The position numbers and the translations under genes were made by a program. A stretch of 32,394 nt of DNA from IMG/VR virus record IMGVR_UViG_3300010167_000008, positions 1 through 32,394 of that record; one strand, written 5' to 3'. Positions 15,103 to 21,742 of this stretch are shown here, piece after piece; the stretch's first letter is position 1, and every line of letters starts with the position of its first letter. The notes below the pieces were generated by a model. That model ran no database searches, was not told the origin of the DNA, and was given only the letters and a program-made list of their open reading frames with translations. Source of the stretch: a virus.

Positions 15103-15110
15103 GTTATTAA
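15103..15110 (-). promoter_or_regulatory. TTAATAAC motif (variant of TTATTAAC), 17 nt upstream of the ATG at 15085
   Basis: GTTATTAA on plus; overlaps the stop of the 41-aa ORF. Confidence 0.3.
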
Positions 15111-15232
15111 TCACAAATAGTGCAATATCCACAAGAGTAACATTTGCCGTTGCTCATCTTGGATCCACACACGGGACACTCCCCGTTGAGTAAGTCGTTG
15201 GACTCCTTTTTTGGTTTTTTTTCGTCAGACAT
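15107..15232 (-). CDS. Zinc-ribbon mini-protein (41 aa; below the ORF-track cutoff)
   Basis: Hand translation gives MSDEKKPKKESNDLLNGECPVCGSKMSNGKCYSCGYCTICD; CxxC...CxxCxxCxxC; start overlaps the stop of 15225..15476. Confidence 0.45.
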   Translation of the reverse strand: MSDEKKPKKESNDLLNGECPVCGSKMSNGKCYSCGYCTICD

Positions 15233-15476
15233 TGTCGTTAAGTTTTAAGGGTTCGTCAATTACGGTCGGGGTTTTCTTCTTTGGTACAATATTCATCGCG
15301 TCAATCGCCGCGATAATTTGTTTGAGTGTGGTTTCTAACTGCTCCACTTTTGCCCCGATACGCTTGGTGCGAGATTGGGTCATAATGGCGGCGCAAGATA
15401 AAACATCATAATCGGGCTCATCGAGCACGAGTTGGCATGTGGCACAATCGCCGAGACACATGAATTTTTCCATCAC
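15225..15476 (-). CDS. Hypothetical protein (83 aa) with N-terminal CxxxCxxC
   Basis: ORF; ATGA overlap with the upstream ORF at 15473..15476. Confidence 0.5.
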   Translation of the reverse strand: MMEKFMCLGDCATCQLVLDEPDYDVLSCAAIMTQSRTKRIGAKVEQLETTLKQIIAAIDAMNIVPKKKTPTVIDEPLKLNDNV

Positions 15477-15715
15477 TTTTTGAATTGCATTGCAAGGGGA
15501 ATCACGGACGCGATGTTCTTGATGCCACCCTTGACAATCTTGTTAAACATTTCACGGATAACTCCCTGATTCTTGCGTATCATCGGGGCTGCCGATAATA
15601 AGTCCCCACCATTTAAGCGGAGTATTCCCGACAGTTCGTCGAGAACTTGCTGAACTTGTTGTGTTTCAGCGTCGTCGCGGCAATCAACCGCTATATTAAG
15701 TCTTTTCCAACCCAT
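15473..15715 (-). CDS. Hypothetical protein (80 aa)
   Basis: ORF tightly packed with its neighbours. Confidence 0.5.
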   Translation of the reverse strand: MGWKRLNIAVDCRDDAETQQVQQVLDELSGILRLNGGDLLSAAPMIRKNQGVIREMFNKIVKGGIKNIASVIPLAMQFKK

Positions 15716-15716
15716 A

Positions 15717-16133
15717 CTATTCAGATTTTTCGGTTAATATTTCGTCATCATACACAATCGGCTCGCTCACAATGGGCGTGTTCTCGGTTGCTTCGGCGAG
15801 TTTACTGCCTGCCACACCACCGAACACCGCCGAAGCCGCGCCGATAAGAATTGGTTTGCCAACCTCTACAATGGAAGGATTTTCCTTCATGAAGTCGGAA
15901 ATAGTTTTCAAAGTTTGGAGCCACCCTTTTACACCCTTTTCCTTGATTTCGGTGCGCGTTGGCAACGCCATACGTTCGGCATATTCGGTCGAGAATTTGA
16001 AAGCGCGTTCCGAAGCATTTTCAATGTCCACCCCGTCGCCTTGCAACTTTATGAATAGATATTGATAAGCCTCTTGAGCACTGCCAAACACTTGAACTTC
16101 TTTTTTGCTGCTATTACTGAATATCATACGCAA
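15717..16133 (-). CDS. Hypothetical protein (138 aa) with one C-proximal hydrophobic segment
   Basis: PILIGAASAVFGGVAGSKLA; follows a terminator-like hairpin. Confidence 0.5.
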   Translation of the reverse strand: MRMIFSNSSKKEVQVFGSAQEAYQYLFIKLQGDGVDIENASERAFKFSTEYAERMALPTRTEIKEKGVKGWLQTLKTISDFMKENPSIVEVGKPILIGAASAVFGGVAGSKLAEATENTPIVSEPIVYDDEILTEKSE

Positions 16134-16147
16134 AGAGAATTAAAAGA

Positions 16148-16179
16148 ATCGGGCGAAAATCTTGCGACTCTCGCCCGAT
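16148..16179 (-). terminator. Candidate rho-independent terminator inside the accessory cluster
   Basis: 9-bp stem atcgggcga (16148..16156) / tcgcccgat (16171..16179) with a 14-nt loop, followed in minus sense by UCUUUUAAUUCUCUUU. Confidence 0.5.
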
Positions 16180-16185
16180 CTATCT

Positions 16186-16710
16186 TTATCCGTTACATAC
16201 ACAATCCTCAATCACGTTAGCGGTTGGAGTCCCCGCTGTGTAAGGTGTGGTTGTGATGAATTTCCGTCCGCAATTTCCGTGTCTGTGTTCGCCGCAACCG
16301 CCGCGTTCTTCACGTCCACGTCTTCCGCAACCTAACTCGTCGCCGATGTAACCGAAAGGATAGCATCTTTTTTCAAGTTCGGAAATTTCTTCCTTGTTGC
16401 TGCATACTTGCGCCTTCACGAAATCGAGTTGACCGTGAGTTACATAGTCATGCTCTTGCAGGCGGGCAACTTCGCGCTCTAACATCTTGATTGAGCAACC
16501 ATGTTCGCCGCGTTCGGAATGGTAGGTTCTTTCGGATCTGTGGTCTTCGCAACGTTCGTCGTGATGACGTCTGAACCAAAATACGATAATTGCGAGCACA
16601 ATAACAACACCAATAACCCACGCGATACTCTTGAGAGCGTGGTGGTCGCCGTGCTCAGTTTCCAGATCGCGCAAGGCGATCACATCTTGCATTGACAAAT
16701 CTTTGTCCAT
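16186..16710 (-). CDS. His/Cys/Gly-rich single-pass membrane protein (174 aa)
   Basis: TM segment IAWVIGVVIVLAIIVFWF, then HHDERCEDHRSERTYHSERGEHGC ... GCGRRGREERGGCGEHRHGNCGRK ... DCVCNG. Confidence 0.55.
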   Translation of the reverse strand: MDKDLSMQDVIALRDLETEHGDHHALKSIAWVIGVVIVLAIIVFWFRRHHDERCEDHRSERTYHSERGEHGCSIKMLEREVARLQEHDYVTHGQLDFVKAQVCSNKEEISELEKRCYPFGYIGDELGCGRRGREERGGCGEHRHGNCGRKFITTTPYTAGTPTANVIEDCVCNG

Positions 16711-16790
16711 AATGAAATAAATTTATTGCCCTCTTACTGCTTCGGGCATTGCGCCGCGAATAAAGGACAAAGTAACCGCGAACAACGCGA

Positions 16791-17147
16791 TTAACAAAGA
16801 TTTTCCGTGAATAAAATGACGTCCAACTTCCGATATTGTCCGTGTTCCTTGATTTTATGGAACTTGTCGAGAAACTTATCGACAAATCGGCGGCTGATGG
16901 CTTCCATGCCGCAACGTTGGATTTTACGGTTAATGTAACCAATAATCTCTTCAAACTTGATACTTTCGTCCCCGTTGAATTGTAGCAACCGTTGACATTG
17001 CTCATAGGTGGCATTACTGTTCGCACTTTCAAGCCGTGCAATTTGTGCCGCTGCAAAATCACGGGCATCTCCGTCGAGTTCTCCGTTGGCGGCTGCAATT
17101 ATTAACTGCTCCTTTGCAACGCGGTTGAGTGTTTCTTGTTCTGTCAT
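16791..17147 (-). CDS. Hypothetical protein (118 aa)
   Basis: ORF; ATGA-type overlap with the upstream membrane protein gene (17144..17147). Confidence 0.5.
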   Translation of the reverse strand: MTEQETLNRVAKEQLIIAAANGELDGDARDFAAAQIARLESANSNATYEQCQRLLQFNGDESIKFEEIIGYINRKIQRCGMEAISRRFVDKFLDKFHKIKEHGQYRKLDVILFTENLC

Positions 17148-17578
17148 CTTTTGGATGGATTTTTATGTTTATATAAGTAAGTCGATAAGATAATTGCTGA
17201 AATGCAAAGAAACAGCGTGAAAAAATAGATATTCATCGAAAATGTTTCGTCAAATACATATCTATCTACTAACTGCATAATTACAAAATTAGCGGTAATG
17301 AAATAAATTGGAATCTGGTGATATTTGCAGAATTTTAATTGAAAACTTAACACGAGTAAAAATGCCATACATAGATAATTGAATAAGTATGCAAGGAAAT
17401 TAGAAACGGGTGTGTCGTAATAAGTCATCATATATTCCCCTTTGGCATTATACAACGGAATTGAATTTGAAAAATAAAAGGAGTGCAGCGTTTCACACGT
17501 CGCCACTCCAATCATTGCAATAATCACAAACGGAAGTATCCGTGTGAATTTTACTTTGAGTTTTTCTTTAATTGACAT
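17144..17578 (-). CDS. Polytopic membrane protein (144 aa, ~4 TM), AT-rich
   Basis: Hydrophobic segments ILPFVIIAMIGVA, LAYLFNYLCMAFLLVLSF, IPIYFITANFVIMQL and IYFFTLFLCISAIILSTYL. Confidence 0.55.
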   Translation of the reverse strand: MSIKEKLKVKFTRILPFVIIAMIGVATCETLHSFYFSNSIPLYNAKGEYMMTYYDTPVSNFLAYLFNYLCMAFLLVLSFQLKFCKYHQIPIYFITANFVIMQLVDRYVFDETFSMNIYFFTLFLCISAIILSTYLYKHKNPSKR

Positions 17579-17759
17579 TTTTTTTTCTGATTTTGAACTT
17601 TGCCACCAAACCTGTCGGCTTCATTGCGAAAAGTACATTGTCCTCTTCGTCGCAAATCTCAATATCATAATCACTAATGTCAGAAAACTCGATTTCAGCA
17701 TTCAAGGTCAAAAATTCCTCGTCTTGCTGTGTTGATTCGTTTTTTGCTTTTAAGTTCAT
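17568..17759 (-). CDS. Small acidic protein (63 aa)
   Basis: ORF rich in D/E (EIEFSDISDYDIEICDEEDN). Confidence 0.45.
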   Translation of the reverse strand: MNLKAKNESTQQDEEFLTLNAEIEFSDISDYDIEICDEEDNVLFAMKPTGLVAKFKIRKKNVN

Positions 17760-17772
17760 GATGATTAATTAG

Positions 17773-17780
17773 GTTAATAC
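17773..17780 (-). promoter_or_regulatory. GTATTAAC motif (variant of TTATTAAC), 13 nt upstream of the ATG at 17759
   Basis: GTTAATAC on plus; the same variant occurs at 968..975 inside repeat copy A. Confidence 0.3.
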
Positions 17781-17818
17781 GGCGGCAAAAGTAAGTTGAT
17801 AAATCATGTACAACGCGA

Positions 17819-18901
17819 TTACCGGAATAATTGAACTTGCAAATCTATTACATATATTTTTGCTCCAATATCTTTACTCTCAGGAACAATCATTTTGTCT
17901 CTCCAACGTAACCAATTATAAGCAAATAAATTTGATAATACATCAAGATTATAAGTCCTATACGTATAATCTAACATGGAAAAGAATATAATTTCTTTTC
18001 CTGAATGATTATATATAAGTGCATCATTTCTAAATATTTGTAATCCATAAATGAAAGGGTATTGTAAATTAGTATTAATAGATGTTTCATCCAACAAATT
18101 AAAAACAACATACCAACCTGTTCCTTGTACACCCGAACCAATTAATATTTTGTCGTGAAATAAAGCCATTATATTATTCCCGTTACTTCTTGACGCTGCT
18201 GCTAATGTAACTATACGAGTTTTTTCAGTTGTTAAATCTATAATGTCAATAATATTAGTATCGCTTCTATGTACATATAGATTTCCTCTCCACACCACAC
18301 CACAAAACCGATTTGCTGACGCTAGAAGAACCATCATACGATAGGTTTCAGTATTTAAGTCAAAAATGCAACAAAGATTGCTATTGGGTGCGAAAATGTA
18401 CAATGCATCACGATATATAATTGAAAATGTTGTCGAAGTAAAAGGAATATTAACAGTTCTAACTACTTTTGTTTGTGTATTAATTATTTCAATATTTGCT
18501 TGATTGCTTGTTATATATAAGTTATCTTTCCAAGCATTTATTGAATTTCTAACTCTTGAACTTCCCAACGATACTTCGCTTGCAGTTTCAGTAATACAAT
18601 CAAAAATTGTCATATTTTGACTATTATATCCTGCACCATAAAAAACATCATTATGAATACATGATGCTCTTATTTCTCCTTGTTCTGTACGGTTATATGA
18701 CCTAAATTTTGGAGTTGGATCAGGAACTTTTACAACAACGGGATTAAACCCATCAACTCCACTGTCGACGTTGTATGTCCCGTTGGCAGTAACATTCAAA
18801 GGATTAATTACGGGAGGAGTAGTTGTTCCTCCACTCCCTTCGGCTTCAAAGTAGCGGGTAATTATAACCCGTTTTTCTTTCATATCTTTTGATAATTGCA
18901 T
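17819..18901 (-). CDS. Putative receptor-binding tail protein with a ~7-bladed beta-propeller-like repeat domain (360 aa)
   Basis: Seven ~40-aa repeats sharing (W/Y/F)(R/K/H)(D/G)xLY ... hhhDhxTE, e.g. MTIFDCITETASEV, IEIINTQTKVV, CCIFDLNTETYRM, IDIIDLTTEKTRI, VVFNLLDETSI, IFFSMLDYTYRT, IYVIDLQVQ; last large gene of the tail module; very AT-rich. Confidence 0.55.
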   Translation of the reverse strand: MQLSKDMKEKRVIITRYFEAEGSGGTTTPPVINPLNVTANGTYNVDSGVDGFNPVVVKVPDPTPKFRSYNRTEQGEIRASCIHNDVFYGAGYNSQNMTIFDCITETASEVSLGSSRVRNSINAWKDNLYITSNQANIEIINTQTKVVRTVNIPFTSTTFSIIYRDALYIFAPNSNLCCIFDLNTETYRMMVLLASANRFCGVVWRGNLYVHRSDTNIIDIIDLTTEKTRIVTLAAASRSNGNNIMALFHDKILIGSGVQGTGWYVVFNLLDETSINTNLQYPFIYGLQIFRNDALIYNHSGKEIIFFSMLDYTYRTYNLDVLSNLFAYNWLRWRDKMIVPESKDIGAKIYVIDLQVQLFR

Positions 18902-18918
18902 GATAATAAATATTTTAA

Positions 18919-18926
18919 GTTAATAA
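18919..18926 (-). promoter_or_regulatory. TTATTAAC motif, 17 nt upstream of the ATG at 18901
   Basis: GTTAATAA on plus. Confidence 0.35.
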
Positions 18927-18953
18927 ATAAAGTTCAAAAATATATAAATTCTA

Positions 18954-20804
18954 TTAATCCAATAAAATCAGAGTTAATTCTGCTATCCCTTTCTGCCATG
19001 TGCCTCCCGAGCAAGCGTATTTTTTCGCTTTTAAAATAAAGGTTGTTTTTTCTTTAATGTTATGGAATTCATATTGATACATATATAATTTCGCAATAAC
19101 TTCGGTCGATTTTTCATAAATATTATCTAGATGCGAATTTGGGAAGAATTGTATCCTTTTGAATTTTGAATTTGGTGCTGCCATCATTAATTCAGCACCA
19201 TCCCTTTTCAAAAAAAAGTTTACCCCATCAGAATGAATATCATCAGAAAAGGAAACACCGTCTTCTTCGTTAGTTTCCGAAAATGGTATAACGAATAATT
19301 CTTTTTCAACGGGCAAATTATCATTTTCTATCTCTAATACCCTTATTTGATTATTTTTAACATAATCAAGACTATCAAATCTAACTATGTTTTTTTGAGC
19401 GGAATCAATAAATGTTCTTCTTACAGACTTTATAGAAATAATTTTATCTGTAATATCGATTATATTATTATCAGGAAAATTGTAATCAAAGAATTCAATT
19501 TCATTGTCATTAATAATAATTCCATTTTTAGTTAAATTAGATATTGTTAATATCAAATCAACCGCCGTGCATTGTGGCATATTGAATTGAAGATGTACGT
19601 AATTGTTATAGATTAATTCTTCTTGAAATTCTTCTATTTCTGCAAAAAAAAGACCATGCCTACCATTATTTGAGGCATCCGTTCCGAGTGCCTGCGAAGA
19701 ATCTAATTCAACCCACCCGTCAGGTTTGTTATAAGATTCAGGAGTTAATGCAAGGAAATTATGTTTATTCCATAATTGAAAATAAATTTCTTGTCCTTCT
19801 TCGAGTTCATACGGTTTAAATGGCGGAAATGGTGCGGTGTTGTTCTGTCTCCATATAACTAACTGTTTAGGCGTAACATTGTAATAGTTCATATTTTGGT
19901 CAAACGCGAGTTGCCCCCACGTTGATGGTTTAACTAATCCCCATACACTTTGCCCCGTTTGGCTATCTATTCGAATAACATCCCACATTGCAGTAGTTAC
20001 TTTCATTTTTTTATTCGCACGAAAACCATATACCCAATGCCAAACTCCGTCAAGTGTCTGAAATTGTCTACTTACAATAGATATTTCAGATGGATTATTT
20101 GGCAAAAAATATGTTCTGATATTTGGATTAGTAGGATGCGACCCATAACCACCGAGAACTATTATTTCTTTTGTCAAATAGTTAATGCTGCCACCTAAAT
20201 CATTTCTTTTAATATAAACATTGTTTATTAGAGTTGGTATATTTTTTGAAGTAATTCCGAAATTTAATAGGCTTTTTTCTAAAAGATACTTTAATTTTAC
20301 GCTTGGCAAATAATTAATTTTATTCGGTATATCCGCTTCCATTAAATTCAAATATTTTCCAATTCCATAATTTCCAACTTGGTCTGAATTGACAGGTGGA
20401 TTAGTTGCACCCCAAAAAACTTTATCTGAAAGTGTAAGATATGTATCTATTAATCCAGATTCTCGTAATTCCTTCAATTTAATTATATTTCCATACGCAA
20501 ATATGCAATCATAAGAATCATTAAATTCTCGAATTAATAATTCGCCATGTATAACTCCGTTTGGAAAATAAATATTAGCATTCTTCTTCGTTCTAATAAA
20601 TGTACCTCTATATTGTGGAAGATGAGCGAAATTGAATATCCTATCGTTTGTAGGTGTTCGATTTACTTTGAAAGATTGTGTTCTGTTTAATTTCATTTTC
20701 TCAAACATAAATAATGAATTCTCATACATATAAGAAAATGAAATATCGTCTAATTCTATCTCAACTCCGTCTATAAATAATCTGTTCATAATACTGTCCT
20801 CCAA
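18954..20804 (-). CDS. Large tail-tip/baseplate protein (616 aa; alternative start at 20789 gives an ATGA overlap with the upstream stop)
   Basis: Second gene downstream of the tape measure; AT-rich; assigned by synteny only. Confidence 0.5.
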   Translation of the reverse strand: MEDSIMNRLFIDGVEIELDDISFSYMYENSLFMFEKMKLNRTQSFKVNRTPTNDRIFNFAHLPQYRGTFIRTKKNANIYFPNGVIHGELLIREFNDSYDCIFAYGNIIKLKELRESGLIDTYLTLSDKVFWGATNPPVNSDQVGNYGIGKYLNLMEADIPNKINYLPSVKLKYLLEKSLLNFGITSKNIPTLINNVYIKRNDLGGSINYLTKEIIVLGGYGSHPTNPNIRTYFLPNNPSEISIVSRQFQTLDGVWHWVYGFRANKKMKVTTAMWDVIRIDSQTGQSVWGLVKPSTWGQLAFDQNMNYYNVTPKQLVIWRQNNTAPFPPFKPYELEEGQEIYFQLWNKHNFLALTPESYNKPDGWVELDSSQALGTDASNNGRHGLFFAEIEEFQEELIYNNYVHLQFNMPQCTAVDLILTISNLTKNGIIINDNEIEFFDYNFPDNNIIDITDKIISIKSVRRTFIDSAQKNIVRFDSLDYVKNNQIRVLEIENDNLPVEKELFVIPFSETNEEDGVSFSDDIHSDGVNFFLKRDGAELMMAAPNSKFKRIQFFPNSHLDNIYEKSTEVIAKLYMYQYEFHNIKEKTTFILKAKKYACSGGTWQKGIAELTLILLD

Positions 20805-21742
20805 TTTTTAACCTGCATTGTAAAGATAACCGTTTGCGTCACTTGTTTTTCTTCGACCCTGAATTGCTTTTCTTTTATATTGACGGGAAGCCATTTGCCG
20901 CTAACTTCGTCAAGATAAGCAACACTGTCAGATAACACAATGTCGCTCAAATATTTACGTGTCAGCAAATCGGCGTTTTCGTGTCCTATTATAATGTCTA
21001 ACAACTTGTCTGACATTGTGTTATATCCGTCAGGATTTGACGTTTTAAACACGTCTATTGACTTGCTCGTGCTGTGGATAACAGCATGGCGGGAAAAGTA
21101 CCAATATTTTGTAAAATTATTTTGAGACAGCCACCTGATACATTGGTAGTAAATCCCGCAACGAGGCTGAAAGAATTCAATTATGTAGCGGTGGTCGCTT
21201 CCATAGTAATGTTCAAACGTCTTGTCGAAAGTGTTGTCAAAAGTACCCGCGTGTTCAAAGATTTCGCCGATAGTAAATCGTTTCGTGCTTTGCCACACAT
21301 TTAACGATTGTACCTTGTTTTCGACTGTTCCCCACACGGTTGAAGTTCCGTCATAGTTTACACGCCGAATTTCTTGTCCAACCCTATCAGGCATGAAAAA
21401 CAAGACAGGAAACGAACCACTTATTGACACAATAGGTATTTTTAACGGAGGATAAATATCTTCAAATAAAATATTCGCACCGTTTTGGGCTGACCAAGTC
21501 AGCGTCAAAATCACCCCGTCGTTATGATTTCGCACAAGAAATTGTCCGCTATGATACACACGGATATAATCAGTAACGTCGACAGTTATTGTGTTGGCAT
21601 AGAAATTGTACCAAATTTCATTCACTTTGATACGTGGAATATTCGTTGCTTTTCGGGTTATAGTGATAAGGTGTGTTTCCCACCAATTTGTCCTGTCGTC
21701 AAAATATTCTATTTTGAAATCGTTGTTGTTAAAAATTCTCAT
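20786..21742 (-). CDS. Distal tail protein candidate (318 aa)
   Basis: Immediately downstream of the tape measure gene with a 4-nt overlap; assigned by synteny only. Confidence 0.45.
   Translation of the reverse strand: MRIFNNNDFKIEYFDDRTNWWETHLITITRKATNIPRIKVNEIWYNFYANTITVDVTDYIRVYHSGQFLVRNHNDGVILTLTWSAQNGANILFEDIYPPLKIPIVSISGSFPVLFFMPDRVGQEIRRVNYDGTSTVWGTVENKVQSLNVWQSTKRFTIGEIFEHAGTFDNTFDKTFEHYYGSDHRYIIEFFQPRCGIYYQCIRWLSQNNFTKYWYFSRHAVIHSTSKSIDVFKTSNPDGYNTMSDKLLDIIIGHENADLLTRKYLSDIVLSDSVAYLDEVSGKWLPVNIKEKQFRVEEKQVTQTVIFTMQVKNWRTVL

Noticed and set aside
20789-20804. A GGAGG Shine-Dalgarno-like sequence 9 nt before the alternative ATG at 20789
   Set aside because: It is the only convincing SD-like match seen near a start codon in this genome, and it may simply be coding sequence (MEDSIM). 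It was noted as an alternative start and is not treated as evidence that this phage uses SD sequences.
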